Assembly (NCBI RefSeq): GCF_003704095.1
Contig: NW_020846801.1
Coordinates: forward strand, 434,001 to 498,000
Origin: Pocillopora damicornis
Taxonomy: Eukaryota
Direction: 5' to 3'
DNA length: 64,000 nt
The position numbers and the translations under genes are program-made. The notes beneath the pieces were generated by a model. The model was given only the letters and a program-made list of their open reading frames with translations, did not search any database and was not told the DNA's origin. Below, piece by piece: positions 47,942-61,609 of the stretch (position 1 is its first letter; every line of letters starts with the position of its first letter).

Positions 47942-49466
47942 CTATTCGATCGGTGGGCATTTTGTTTCACGACAAGTTTTCTGACATTCTTCAAGGGTTT
48001 TAAAGTTGTTTCCATTGTTCATGCATCCACCGAAGGTAAACATCTTGCACTTTTTAGTGACTTTGTCGTAGTAGTAACGTATAAACGCAGCCCTGCAAGG
48101 TCCTGTGAACTTCGGGAGACAACAGAAAATTCTTGGCGTCGAGTCTAAAGAGAATGCATCCAAAAAGATTGATATTCAAAGTTAGCTTTATTGTGATGAT
48201 CGTCAGAGATACTGAACCACTACAGCCCTGAATACTAGCATTCTATTTGACACAGCCCATCGCGTTCACAATTTTATTCTCAATAAGGATGACTACACAA
48301 CTATAATCGGCTTACAAATTATACTGTTCATGTTCATAGACAAACACTAAAACAGGAAAACTACTATCAAGAAGTTTTTTTTTGCTTTCAGTCAAAGAAC
48401 TATTCATCGCTTTCGCTTATCATGTCAAAGTGACTGGATTTCAGGCTTTTTGTGGAGAATATTTTAATTTTTTTCTTATCATGCTCCGAGACGAATATCT
48501 AGCCGTTTTGACCTCGTGCAAGTCAAGAGCGCAAATGTACGAGTCCAGTTATTTGTTATCTCCCTTTAAGTTACTTAAAATAACAATAATAATAATGAGT
48601 TGATTAAGACTTTTCGCAGTATTTCGCAGAGTAGAGTTTGCGAGAGAAACTAATGTTACCATCTGTTTAATGTATTTTATTGTTTGAGTATTAACCCTTT
48701 ACGTCTAGCATTAGTTATCATATTCTCCACAGTGTTCTCTTTACATTTCCTATGGTACCGACAAGGAGAATTTGTTTGACAATCAAGAGCTTATCAAATT
48801 GATGATCATTTCCTTTGTTTTATAACCTTTGCTTTTGATTCAAGGATGATCTATTAGGAGAAATTTGAAGCCAGGCCAGTTTCTCGTAAGGGTTAAAGGG
48901 CTTAGACACTGGGACGACGTTTTGTTTATGGCGCCATTCATAACTACTTCCCTTCCCGCTGAAGCCATAACTAGAGTTGATCCTACACAGACGAAAAATA
49001 TTATTTGTCTACATTAGTGGTTTAAATACCCTTCTTTTGAAAATATCCTAGCCCTTGAACGTAGTTTCTCTAGTAGATGAGGAAAAAATTTACCGAATAA
49101 TGAATCTTCACTATTAGCGACGTCAATAATGAAGGAGTTTAAGGAAATTTCCTTAAGCAATGGCGTTTAGCTGCTTTGGGTTAAAAAGCTGGTTAACAAA
49201 TGAAAGTAAGTGATTGAAATGGTTTTCTTAAAAAAAAATTCACATACCTGGCGAATTGTCTTTCTTAGGTCCTGGTTCAGTTGATGTAAGTGGTGAACTA
49301 TCTGTATAATGGACAAGAAATGATATGTTGAGCTTATAAAACAGATGACGTGTTGATTTCCTCGTCAATGGCAACAACGGAAAAAGAGATATTAAGCAAC
49401 TTGCTTACCTTCCGTGGTTGCAGTAACAATTAGAAAAAAACAGATAAAGAGAAGATGTACCAGCAT
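47942..49466 (-). CDS. Secreted single-domain Kunitz/BPTI protease inhibitor, ~104 aa, P1 Arg, 8 Cys
   Basis: Exons 49466-49409 (signal peptide MLVHLLFICFFLIVTATTE), 49301-49248 (DSSPLTSTEPGPKKDNSP) and 48144-47942 (FCCLPKFTGPCRAAFIRYYYD...FGGCMNNGNNFKTLEECQKTCRETKC); all junctions phase 1. Confidence 0.9.
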
Positions 49467-50646
49467 GGTGCAAGAAGATAGAGGTGTATTAACTCAACTC
49501 CGAAGCGCGTGCAATCACTATAGTGAAATCACTACACTCTTTGATACGTTATTTCCTCTTTTCAACTTTTAAAGCCGCAGGATATACTTCCGGCGCAATG
49601 GCTTCTGGAACGGGTTACGTGATGGCCCGCGTGGGCTGTGATTGGCGCATATTTTCAAAATGAAGTCCAGAACACGGACGTTTACTTCCGTGTGGAGTTG
49701 TTCAAGATGACGAAACATTTTATTTTTGAAAGTAAAAATGTTAAAAACCGTCGAATCTGTGTACTTTGAAGAAGCATAATTTATCGTATGTAATTAACAA
49801 TTATTCAACGAAGAGGAGATGAACAGTACTTGCTACTCATTTCCGAATTTGGCAAATAGTGCGCGTGAAAAGGACTATTCACTTGTGTGGTGCATACTGA
49901 TGAAGAATATTGCTAGTTCGGCAAAATGAGAAATTTCAAGTATAGCGTTGCAAATTAATGTGGAAATTGCGAACTCTTTTCACTTAACTAAACAGCAAAA
50001 GCACAATATTTTATTTACTATTTAAAGCAATAGTCTCACAGCTAGAACAATTAGTTAATACAAAGCAATCATCATAAGCTGTAGACATCTTTATTTCAGG
50101 AAACTTTAGGTAAATAATTAAAAGCACTCAGAATGCACTACGGTCATTAGAATTCTTCTCCAGCCCTGAAATAAAGAGGAAAACAGTTAGTAAAAACATG
50201 GCAGACCCACGGCATCGTGGAGTTTATTTGTTTTATATAGTAACGAGGCAAAATGTTGTTAACAGTGACGTCACTTATGTTTCTATTCGATAATAGATCA
50301 TAAGTAATAGCCAATCAAAATGCTCGTATAATTCAACCTAGCAATATTAAATCCACCATTTCCATCATTCCTTCTACACTTCTGAAACGCCCTTATGAAC
50401 CCAATGGATGACAAAGCGTTTTTTAGAGAACAGCACCATACCTAAAAACAAACAAACCAACCAAACAAAACGAAAATTGACGCTTAAGAGTCAATAGCGA
50501 CTGATCTATGTGATAATATGTGGAACAATGTTATGCTTTGTTGTAAACGTGTTACGTTTACAACAACGTTTATTGTGTTCAGAAGGACAGCAGTTCTTAA
50601 AACATGGCTTACCAAGGTAAACTATATTTGCTCAGCAATTCCATCT

Positions 50647-51539
50647 CTAGCACAGTACATCCCGGCAAGTTTTCTTACACTTCTTCTTAGAGGTGAAGTT
50701 GTTTCCGTTTCCAGCGCATCCACCGTAGATAAACTTTTTGCATCTCTTGGTGACTTTGTCGTAGTAGAAGCGATTAAATAAAGCAAAACATGGTCCTGTA
50801 TCTGACGGGAGACAGCAATCTGAAAAAAATCCAACACATGTCCAATACACCCAATGTGACTCGATTTGGCTACGGTAGTTGACGAATCGACTCACCGGAA
50901 GTCGAATCGTGGGTTAACGTACCGGAAGTGAAGGGGCATAAGCACGGGAAAATGACAAAATGAACCTTCCTCGTTCTCAAAGCCTCAGACAAATACACTC
51001 AATTTGTGTGTATTGGACAACCCTCAAAAATCCAGATGTAGATTACAGCAGGGTTTAAAGCAACAACCACCAAACCGTACTGAAAAAACAGTACTGCACT
51101 GGCTTTGATTTTCTTCGCACTGGAAAACTGTGGCTACCCCATCAACCAATCCGATGCAAAACTGGAAATCAATCGCGCGCGTGATTTGGTTACTCACATT
51201 TTTCCGAGTTTCAGGCAGTTTTGCTTGTTTTCACTTTGAATTCTCATTGGCTTATAGCCATACTTTCCTTTGCACGGATTTGCCATTGTAATTACTTTGG
51301 TTTGGGCCTCACTATACCAGCAGAAAAGCTCACTATTCTAAGAGAATCAGTCAAAAATTATCACCTGCGGGGAGGGGAGTGAAACTTATAGGGGGAACGG
51401 AGGGGGTCACTCGTCGCCAACACAGTATAACGAGGGACTGTAAAAAATTGACTGCCAATCAAGGGGGAATCATGTCACAGAACCTTATGTAGAGATCAGA
51501 TAAATTTAATCGTGACACAACTTAAATCCTCCTAACCCC

Positions 51540-51594
<55 letters not shown>

Positions 51595-54500
51595 GACGAT
51601 AAATAACGACTGATCCCTTAAACCACGTAATCTTAATCGAGTTCAGCACCAACCAAGTGAGTCAAAAAAAAGGAACTAGAAAGTCTCAATTAAAGCTCAG
51701 AGTAATTTTCAATTGAGCTTTGTAAAGTAATCCGGGGTTACCTTGGTTTCACCTCACCACGCTCCGTGATTGGTCCAGAAAAAAACTTGAGCCATCTTCT
51801 CAAGCAATCAGATGTAAAACTAAAATCTACTGCAAATTATTCATCGGCGTTTTCCTTGCCCTTTTATCAATTTGTTTGTTTTCACTTTAAGATCTAATTG
51901 GCTAATGATGATGTAAACCTTTCTACTGATTGGTTGATGTGATTAGCAAGGATTTGGTCTTTCGACACTCAATTAAAAACGCTATAAAGCTACAAGGGAT
52001 TTATAATAAACACGTAAAAGCTAACAAAAGGGGAACGGACATACATATGTCGACACGATCAAGAGAAGAGTTGCGTAGATTTGGTTAATTACTTCCCTAA
52101 GAAACAAGTAGAAAATTTGAATCTCTTGTCCTGACGTCATCACTATTGTGGTCATCTTTTGCTCTGGAGAGATCAGCCAGAGGAAAAAAAAAATTTCTGA
52201 CCAACTTGCTTCCAAAGGGGACATATCGCTTACCATTAACTTCTTCCTTTTTACATTCTTTCAAACACGATTCCTTCGTTAGAAAATTGTTTTTGTTTCC
52301 TCCACAACCTCCATAAGTAAACTTCTCACACTCTCCAGTCAGGCTGTTGTAGTAGAAACGGGGCATCGCTGCTTTGCATAACCCTATTTCCATCGGAAGA
52401 CTGCAATGGTTTCCCGAGCCTAAAAGGTTGACAGAAAGGTAAAATTGATCCTGATTTCTCAATATACGAACCTAACGAAATTAATTACGAACGAAATTAC
52501 ATCTTATCACTCTTTAAGAGGGTTAAATTATCTAAAATCAGTATTATAACAAAAACATTTCCATTAAACAATCGTGGTAATTTTTTAAACGAACATGCCA
52601 ACTTTAGCAATGTATTGCGAAATTTTACGCGCTGTCGCATCAACTGTCTGAGTAATAATAACCCTAAAAGAACGTCTGGATGTTCGTCAAAGTTGAGACC
52701 GACCTCGACTTCTTCAGAGTTGTTATGTTGTTATATACAAGTGTGTGTTACTCGGACGAAGCTATTCGAGGTAACTTAAGTATACAAGATACTTTCCGAG
52801 ACGAGGTATCTCCAAATGATGATTTGTTTGCATAATCTTAAGTATTTGCATAATCTTAAGTATTTAAGTGAAATCTAGCGAAATTCACCACTTTAGTAGA
52901 TAAATACATTATTTCTGGCGAGAATTTAAGAAAAATCAGTCTCGGATCAAAGTAAACAAATCGTTTTTCTATCCCTGGTAGATAATTTGAACACGGAAAT
53001 CAAATCAAAACAAAAAAGAAAAGACTAACGGCTAAAAAAGGGAAAATCTAATTTGACTTGAACTTGACGCAGGCTCGAATTGACTAGTGATACGATATAA
53101 ATCTTGACTTTTTAATCATTTAAAATTAGTACACGGGTACTCAAATCGGCAGGAAAAGGAATCGATTGGGAGGGATCTTTACATTTTATTCATGATCTAT
53201 CTTTGAATCACATCTGTGATATGAATAATTGAAATGTGTTTCAAAATCAATCAATACGACAGAAATTTATCTAATTCGTATAATAATAATCGTCTTTTGC
53301 ATTATCATACCACTCGAAATACACTGTTACATCACCGAAACCCAAAGTCTTACGGAAAAAATCATACATACCTTTGCCTATCATTTACTGAATGCTATAA
53401 CTGGAATAATTAAGAAAAATCCGACGAGAAAATTATAGCAAAATACACCGCACTTATTGCTAATATCTCGTTATCCCTCGTTTTACCGTTTCCTCTCAAC
53501 AACCTATATTCTTATCGATATCGTCATATCTATCGCAGGGGTTTCAATTAAGGCTGGTTTCGGTCTAACGCTGCCATTAAGACCTCCTAACGCCATCTGT
53601 TCAGCTTACGTGTAAGATCGCTTGTTTGGGTTTCGCCTAACGACACAGCTGCCTATTTCAGCCGCTTGGGAAAAAAAAAAATTAATGAAACCCCTGCTGT
53701 TGTATTTTTTTCCTTTTCATCTCAGAACAAATATCACCCGACAAAAGGGCATATAATTATTCTCCAATATTCTCTGTCCTTTCCATCTCTTAATTGTTGG
53801 TACTTATCCTTTTCTTGTTTAAATTTATCTTTTATGATAATTTATTATCATCACGTTGGAAAATATAATGAAATTAAGGATAGTATAGACAAAAGCACGG
53901 AGGCAAGGAAATTGAATTAATGAACGTGTTTGTTCTAGTTAGGATCAAAATACAATTGTTATAATTTTTAAACAAATAGATTTATTGTGACGGAAATAAT
54001 TCTTTCCACCGTGGCTAAGGCAAAAGTCGGCGCGGAGGAAACCAAGTGGGCAAAGGGTGAGCGGAGGAGAAGTCGCGAAAGACAGACTCAAGAGAACATA
54101 GCATCACCATGTGCCTCAATTAACGCGATCTCTCGCTGAGCTAACAATTCTCCTGATCAGAGAAATGGGAATGGAAAGGACTGATGGGCAAGATAAACGA
54201 AAACTTAGTGTCTGTCCCCATATGGAGAAAAATTCATCGTGTTCTAGTTGCTAGGCTACATAACGGCGATCATTAGAACGCGAAATTTCCATGACGAACT
54301 TAACTAGTTTCATGTGATGAAATACGAATAAAGGCGATCCATTTCGGCAAAAAAAACTGGTAGATAACAATTTTCTTGCATATGGTGTCATTTAGTTCGG
54401 AATTTCTTCTTCTGTAATTTAGAATCTTTCCGCATTAGCGACAAAATTGTTTATTTAGACAAATTTTCTGTCATCACCAGCACTTTACAAGTGCGGATGA

Positions 54501-55953
54501 TTCGTCGCGACGTAACAAATTTTGGCCGCAGCAAACAAACCTTTAGACGCACCGCCGACAAAAATTTGTCGCGGGTAAAAATTTGGCTAACCTTAAACAA
54601 AACCGTGATAAACTTGTCAATCATTTGTCGTATAAGCTACGACAAACGTGTAATTGAACTGAAATCAGTTTACGAGAAAGACAAAAATTGCCTTTGCTGC
54701 AAAACTCGGGGATTCCAAAAATGTTCAAACAACTTAGAATAAATCCTGGAAATAGGAGGTGGAATTCTTTAGCAACTATGCCGGCCGGTCCTATGAACTG
54801 CTCAGGCGCTGATGGAATTTGACGGCTTTGAAATTTTTAATGCGGACGCAACAGACAAAACAAAAATTTGTCATGATAAAGTTTGACCTATGATTTTGTC
54901 GGCACAATTCTAGTTTAGTCCGCTAATGCGGAAAGGCCCTTACTCAAATTGCGATAACTGTACTCCTTGTAGGTTTTATGAAAAAATTCACTGAAAGATC
55001 TCAAACTGTTGGAAATTTTTGTGTGAATCATTAGTTTTTTTTCCTTTTGTATTTTAAATTAAAAACTTTTAGACAAGATATTTCGTGAGCGCTTAATTTG
55101 GCTAACCTTAACAATGTACCCCTTAACCGCGTCTGAAAATGAAAATCAGTACACTAATACTCATTTCTACCTGTAGCTAAACAAGTATCTTATCTGGAAA
55201 ATCCTTCAAACTTACCACTAGCGAAGTGATGTTACGGCCGAGAAAATTAAATTATTAAGATGAAACGATGAAAAAAGCCTCAGGGATTTACTTTGCTGGG
55301 GATATGTTTACACTCGATGTCGTTCAAATTTCAGAAAGTAAGAGCAATTTCAAATAATTTTTTCTCGGAGAAAATGAATTACTTGACTTGCAATTCTAGG
55401 TATCTTCTTCCTGAAGTGCGCGTTTTCTTCTTGAGGATTTATAATTTCCCTGCTGCGTGTTCCCACAATTTGACCGTAACTTTTACGAAGACAGTATACT
55501 TGTACCATTTATTGCCATTATAAAACAGGAAATGCATTCTTCGTTGACCGTATTACAAGATATTACAGTCAAACCGGTATTAAGCAGCACGGTATTAGGC
55601 AGTCACTCTGTATTTAACAATCGGTTGTCGTTTGCTAGTTATGACATAGTGGTCCAACCGTTAGATGATGATATGTAGTAATTTTACGTTTTTATTCTTT
55701 TTTTCACGCCATTCCACCATTTTGTTGATGTAGTTTATCAACGAAGAGTACAAAAATTTCAGATAGCTACGTGGCATAAAGTGGCGTTTTTTTTCGCATT
55801 TGACCCCTATTCTGTGGAACCTGTCTTCAGCAGTCAGCCCGCCATATATCCATTCCCGTGGGTGACCTGAATGATTAATTAAAAGCGGTTTAACAACTTA
55901 CCAGATACAGCGGTGGTGGCGACCAAGGAACAGAAAAGTACATAAACCAACAT
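50647..55953 (-). CDS. Secreted two-domain Kunitz/BPTI protein (>=136 aa), P1 Lys and Phe
   Basis: Exons 55953-55902 (signal MLVYVLFCSLVATTAVS), 52419-52234 (HCSLPMEIGLCKAAMPRFYYN...YGGCGGNKNNF) and 50819-50647 (DCCLPSDTGPCFALFNRFYYD...CKKTCRDVLC*); phase-1 junctions. Small linker exons in 52.4-55.9 kb are unresolved. Confidence 0.85.
51543..51591 (+). repeat. (CT)n microsatellite
   Basis: About 24 uninterrupted CT units. Confidence 0.95.
54426..54938. mobile_element. Non-autonomous DNA transposon with 15-bp TIRs (possibly PIF/Harbinger-type)
   Basis: CTTTCCGCATTAGCG (54426) and CGCTAATGCGGAAAG (54921-54935) are exact inverted repeats; internal GACAAA/TTTGTC subterminal repeats. Superfamily is a guess. 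Confidence 0.7.
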
Positions 55954-57948
55954 GTCTCCAGACAACACAAACTCAAACTAATACAGTCTTTCCTCCTCGG
56001 TGTCTTCAGTGATTGTGCTTCGACCTACTTGAACGCGAATCTTTATCTACTCTTAACGCAGGAGACTGAGTACCAACTCTAGCGTACGTGAGCTACTATG
56101 ATTGGTTGATGATTTCAAAAGGAAGTCAACGACACGGAAGTGATGTTACAACGTGCTTGTGATTCCGCTGGATGATTGACCTTCTAAGAGCAGGACGGGA
56201 AGTCACGTAACGCGGCGACTTAACAAACGCGGATAGGAGAGAAAAGCACTTTGCCACGGAAAAAAAATGACGAGAATAATCTTTAAGAATTTTGAAATCA
56301 AGTTAACCTAGATGAAAATACAACAGGAACTTTTGTTTTAAATCTCTGTTAAAAATTCACAGCGCAAACAGTCTTTGTGGAGCAGGCCCTAAGCTTTCGG
56401 CTCAATGAAAGGAATCGCCATTCAAATGTTTCAAAAGTCTTTGATACCACTAGATCGACGCCCTGATGGGTAATTCGTTCCCTAAATTATTTTCTAGTGG
56501 TCAGATGATTCTCGGAGTTCATTGACAATTCAGGGCTAAAACAATGAAATTTCAGGTTAAGAAAATGATCGCGGTCAAAATTTTCAGACAACAGTTATGT
56601 TTGAGCTCTACAGGAATAATTGAGAGATTGAACTCGTATGAGGAGGACAGGACGCTGTCGTGATCAAGAGATAATTACAAAAGACGGGAAACTCTAACCA
56701 TGCAGCTCTGTTTCCTTAAAAAATAATCAAGAGCCACTGACATCAAATGCAAAATGTTCCTCACGGCTCGGGTGACATTTACCTCATTAGTAACTGTCTT
56801 TGCTCTTATCTTACACAGAGAGGCTCGAGCAAAGTTGTGGCCTGATGCCAAATTTCGTAATTGACCAAAATTTGGAAAGAAGAACACCTAAAATATAGAT
56901 ATCCCATCGAAAAAAAAAGACAAATTAGAACCAAAATATGTCGAAAGACTAATCTACGTTCTACAATATCTTGTTTCACCGAGCGTGATCTGGGTGGAAA
57001 GCTTTGAAGAAAAATCTCGAGGTGCGTATCTTACAAAACCAAGTTCATATGTTTCACCGAACATTCATTTTATTATAATTAATTAACAACTTTAACGCGC
57101 ACGCTGGTTATGTTTACTGTTACGCGCGTGCTCCGTTTGAATTTATATATCGCAATAATTATCGCAATGTTTGTCGCCTTAAACGTTTAATTTAAGACGC
57201 GTAATCTAGTTGTTCAGTACAGTTTCAACCAAGGTAACCAGTTATTGTAATAACGGAGGCAGTCTAGAAGTAAGTTTTCGGTTGATTTCCAGGTTAAAGC
57301 TTGCGTTTGGGAAATCTCTAAACACCGTTGAGAAGGAAGCTATCATCAAAGACAACAATTGGCAAGAAGTATTTTAACATGTAGCTGGTCTAATTGAGGA
57401 TGACGATAAACCTTTGTTAAAAATGCTTACCTGAAGCTGACGGTATTGGGAGGGGGGAGGGGGGAGAGGAGGGGGTGCGGTTAAGTGCGGACAACGTGTT
57501 TGAACAGCAGAGGCCAGGCAGCCAAATTCATAAGTGGTCACGATATGTTCAGGTCATGCAGGACTGGAGCAGATAACTTCAAAAAGAGCCATAACGGACA
57601 CGCAACGGGCCTCAAAGTGCATGCATCACTGCGCATGCCCGAATCAAAAGACAGAATACTAGCTTACTTAATTTACTTTCTGACCAAGAAGTAACACATT
57701 TGTAACAATACTGTAACACTCACGTTATTTACAACAATAATAAATACCACTAAGCGATTTAGACCGTAGTCTCATGCGGAGTCTCATTTGGGTCGTCACG
57801 CAGTGTTCGGATATGAATCCAAAATGTTGCGAGTTGCGTGACAGATCTCTTAAGGATCTCTAGACGTCATGGATTTCTACAAGTCACGGAACGGATCTGA
57901 GAATAATAAATAACTCATGAGTTGAATAAAGTGACGTCGTGCAAACTC

Positions 57949-60855
57949 CTAATTAAAGGAATATGAAGGGTTTTGAGGCGCTCCACACCAGTTTCCCAGA
58001 AAACGCAGCACATCTTGACATTCAGGGCTATGAGAAACCTAAAGAAGAGAGAAAAGAAAAACAGAGCAATTCATTACAGATATCTCAAAGATTACTTTTC
58101 TCAAGTAATGTAGCATTAAACCAATGTTTGACCATTTAACCCTAATATCAGTATGTATACTCTCCATACTGCTCTTTATACATTTCCTTGGGTGCTGACA
58201 AGGAGACTTTGTTTAGCAGTTGAGAGCTTTTTAGTTGGTGATCATTTCCTTTATTTTTAGTGGCCTTAATGTGTGATTCAGGGCTGATTTTGTAAGGAGA
58301 AATTAGATTCTAGTCACTCTCAGGCGTCAAAGGGTTAAAGAGCGCTGTACCGAATCTTAGAAGGTAAAAGATATGAAACATGAAGAATAAAGTTGTCCAA
58401 AGAGAAAGAGTGGATTGGCGGTGAACTAATAGGACAGAAGCGTCTTGTAATGTAAAATATTGTTGTAAGTAAGTGAACCTTACCACTGTAAGTATTGTTT
58501 TGAGCGTAGTGTTGGTATTGTAATTTTATATTGTCAGTGTTGTGATTGAAATATATATCAACAACTAAATAAATCAATAAAAAATAAAAAACCAAGCGAG
58601 TTGTGTCCCATTTTCGCCGTGTAAGATGCTGTGGCAAACGTGAGAAATACAACTCCTGCATCTCATCTCCACTTTCAGTTATTAAAACCGCAACCTCCAT
58701 TTTCAAGAAGGATAGGCACCTTGCCTTCATCTATGAAATATTGTCTGTACCGCTAATAATGTTTCTTGATAACTTCTAAAGAGAAGTTTGTGCTCTCTGG
58801 TGAGACAATTTCAGTCCAAAATTGCAATAAGCTCACCTTGGTAGCCATGATAAACTTATTCCAGTCTTCTTTGTTCGCAGCCTTGCCCGGTCGTTTAAAT
58901 TCAATCTTGTTTCGCAGAACGGGATATCCTGAGAATAAAGGAACGCTTCGTAGTTTAGTGTTCTATTACACATTCCCACGATGAGTTCACGGTCATCTTT
59001 TGTTTTCATTGCATCATACATACAAAAACTACCTTCACCTCAAAGGAGACTACAAAATATAAGTTCAGTGAGATAGAAAATAGCGAAAGGAGGAAAAATA
59101 AAGCTACAGGAAAAGAAGATGGGTAATGATGGATAAGATTAATACGGATCACAGATACCCTAAAAAAAAACCCCTCGCCGTTTAGTGTCCTTTGATGAGG
59201 TGGCGGTTGTTTTTTTTGTATCACACAAACTTGCCTTTATCTCAATGGAAAATACAAAATAGAACTTCAGTAAAATAGAAAATGACAAAAGAGGCCATAA
59301 TAAACCAGGAAGGAACAAGAATGGTTCAGGATTAGGACAATTAACCCTTTACACCCTCACATCAATATGCATATTCTCCATACTCTTCTCCATACATTTC
59401 CTAAGGTACCAACAGGGAGAATTTATTAAACAATCAGGAGCTTCTTTTGTTGGTGATCGTTTTCTTTATTCTTGTTACCATAATGTGTGATTCAGGACTG
59501 ATATCGTATGGAGAATTTGGACTCTAGTCACTCTTAGGGGTTAAAGGGTTAAAACGGATTGTTAGACAATCGACTGGAAAGCCTTACCTGTGATGACACA
59601 CGGCGGAGACGTTATACCAGTGTTCACTGCCACAAGGCAAGCTTCATAAGTATCACGCTCATCTGTTGGCAAAACTTGCTCCACCTGGCAAAAAATCACG
59701 TCTTATGAAGAGTTATCTTTAAACGTAACGCTGCGACTTTGCTAGTAGAAAACGATTCTCTTTTTTTGCGCTAGTAATGCCAAACTAATCATAGCGATTA
59801 ATCCTCGCTTGCTAACAAAGAGGAATTGATGACAAAGAGAAGGGGCTTCCTTAAGTAAACGGTAGGCTGTTTGATTTTGTTCTTCTATTCAGCAGGAAAA
59901 GAATTTCAAAACAAACCTTTTGATCCATTGAGACAGCTAGTACCCATTCCTTCACTTCCTCGCGTTTCTCTTCCTGAAAAGTTCACATCATGAAAAGAAA
60001 ACATTGTTGGAAAATGAAAACTTTTAATAAAACCGCGTTTAAAACAACAAACGCTTCATTCCTTCGTTTGACTCTCTTCTGACTCACCGGTAAGTGTTGT
60101 TTTTCTGGAACCGGTACCTCGAATGGAATATCTGTGTCTGCAAAATCGCTGTTGTCCAACATATCAAGACTACCTTCTTCAATACCCTGCCAAGAGGCAA
60201 TTAATTACATTAGGCATCGTTAGAGACGAAAATTCCGGCTTTATAGAAAAGTGAGAAAAACAGGTTTTCTACCTCGCTGAGATCCAAGTAGCGGTTTAAG
60301 AAAACAAAAGCCATATTGTCCCAGCCAACGCCCTGTTGGAGAAGAAGGTATTTTGTTAAATATCAATGATCCAACAATGACATCGCAAAGTAATTTAGTA
60401 TCATTAACTGAGTTGATATCGTAAATTGGCCACGTAAAGAGTTTCAGAGCTGGCGTTTCGAGCGTTCGCCCTTCGTCATTCGCTTTGACGCCCTTTATTC
60501 GATGACATCGCAAAAACGACTTAAATGGTATTTATCAAATGGCACGAAAGGTACAAAAAAATGGATTCATATCTTCGAAATTTAGACAATGATTTCTATG
60601 ATAGACAGTTGTAATTTTGTTATGGCAGGCGCTAAATATTCAGGCTTTATAAAAGTCTTGCTTTGCGACAAATATCAGCCGAGAACTGTTTTTTAAATCA
60701 GTAATATTACGCAGGCAATACATTAAAGATTACAAAACGTGGGAAATTGCATGTCTTACCTTAGCTGCAACTCCAGCTTCATAAAAAGCTTTATCACAGG
60801 GAATAATATCGGAATGTCGTAGAAGGGAGGTCGACAATTTGGCGGCTAAGGTATC
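57949..60855 (-). CDS. IFT172: Intraflagellar transport protein 172, last seven exons (C-terminal 196 aa)
   Basis: Exons 60855-60760 ([32 protein letters not shown]), 60332-60273 ([20 protein letters not shown]), 60186-60088 ([33 protein letters not shown]), 59973-59917 ([19 protein letters not shown]), 59684-59588, 58928-58837 ([25 protein letters not shown]), 58038-57949 ([29 protein letters not shown]). Confidence 0.95.
59341..59552. mobile_element. piggyBac-type MITE, subfamily B; other copies ~1293-1469, 19984-20194, 43549-43760, 44204-44403, 45953-46158, 46230-46437, 48691-48905, 58127-58338
   Basis: TTAACCCTTTACACCCT..CATCA.TATGCATATTCTCC...GGAGAATTTG...GTCACTCTTAGGGGTTAAAGGGTTAA. Confidence 0.85.
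60390..60490 (-). mobile_element. Penelope pLTR-derived hammerhead repeat fragment in an IFT172 intron
   Basis: Minus strand TGACGAAGGGCGAACGCTCGAAACGCCAGC...TGGCCAATTTACG..ATCAACTCAGTT. Confidence 0.7.
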
Positions 60856-61106
60856 CTGNNNNNNNNNNNNNNNNNNNNNNNNNNNNNNNNNNNNNNNNNN
60901 NNNNNNNNNNNNNNNNNNNNNNNNNNNNNNNNNNNNNNNNNNNNNNNNNNNNNNNNNNATTCTCCACTTTCAATCATCAGCCCACACAGCGCATCACGGT
61001 TACTCTTGTTTTGTTGAATCGCGTAGTCCCACCCAAGGCATAACGGTCCTTTTCTTTAAAGCGCGTGAGCCCATATAGCGTGCAGGAGTATCGCGATCGA
61101 ACTTAC

Positions 61107-61609
61107 CTTTAGTTTATTGCAAGCAACTTAAATACTCCCCAAACGGTCACTTGCTTCCTGAAGAGAAAATTTACATCATAGGGGAACTTGCAAAACAGAG
61201 TTCAAATGTATTCTTGCAAACAAAAGAAATACATCTGAGCTTAAATCTCCCGGGAAAAGCATTTCCAACAAATCTGCATAATTAAAGTCTCGTGGTCTAG
61301 AAGCGTAACCGTTAAACAACCCAATTAAACAACTAGTTTCCCCGAAAAAAAAACCTAATGCCTAGGCAAGATTCCGAAACACCTCCCTGACAGGACGGAT
61401 GTTGTGGCAGTCGATGTTAAAGCAGTCGATGCAATTGTTATTGTTGAAGCAATTGAAGCTGTCGAAACGGCTTGAATCGCCGATGTTGTGGATGTTTAAC
61501 TGGAAGAAACAGAAGTAGGACCCTGATCCAAAATAACAGTGGCTTGTCGAACATCGGAGACTGCTTGCGGGGTTAACTGTCGAGGACGCGATGGACCCGG
61601 TTCATCCAT
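61107..61609 (-). pseudogene. Small two-exon ORF remnant with an in-frame stop, between two assembly gaps
   Basis: MDEPGPSRPRQLTPQAVSDVRQATVILDQGPTSVSSS*TSTTSAIQ...SGR, then a candidate exon 61157-61107 (cttcAG...|GTAAGT) with stops in all frames; not IFT172-like. Confidence 0.3.

Noticed and set aside
53365-55420. Micro-exon candidates for the two-domain Kunitz gene (~53372-53400, 55171-55176, 55384-55409)
   Set aside because: No combination could be supported over direct phase-1 splicing; several introduce stops.
57431-57640. Possible non-coding exon with an NRF1-like TGCGCATGC and a minus-strand GTAAGC donor
   Set aside because: Could not be linked to an acceptor or a gene; evidence insufficient.
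58335-58730. 131-aa minus-strand ORF
   Set aside because: Inside the last IFT172 intron, AT-rich, with no motif support.
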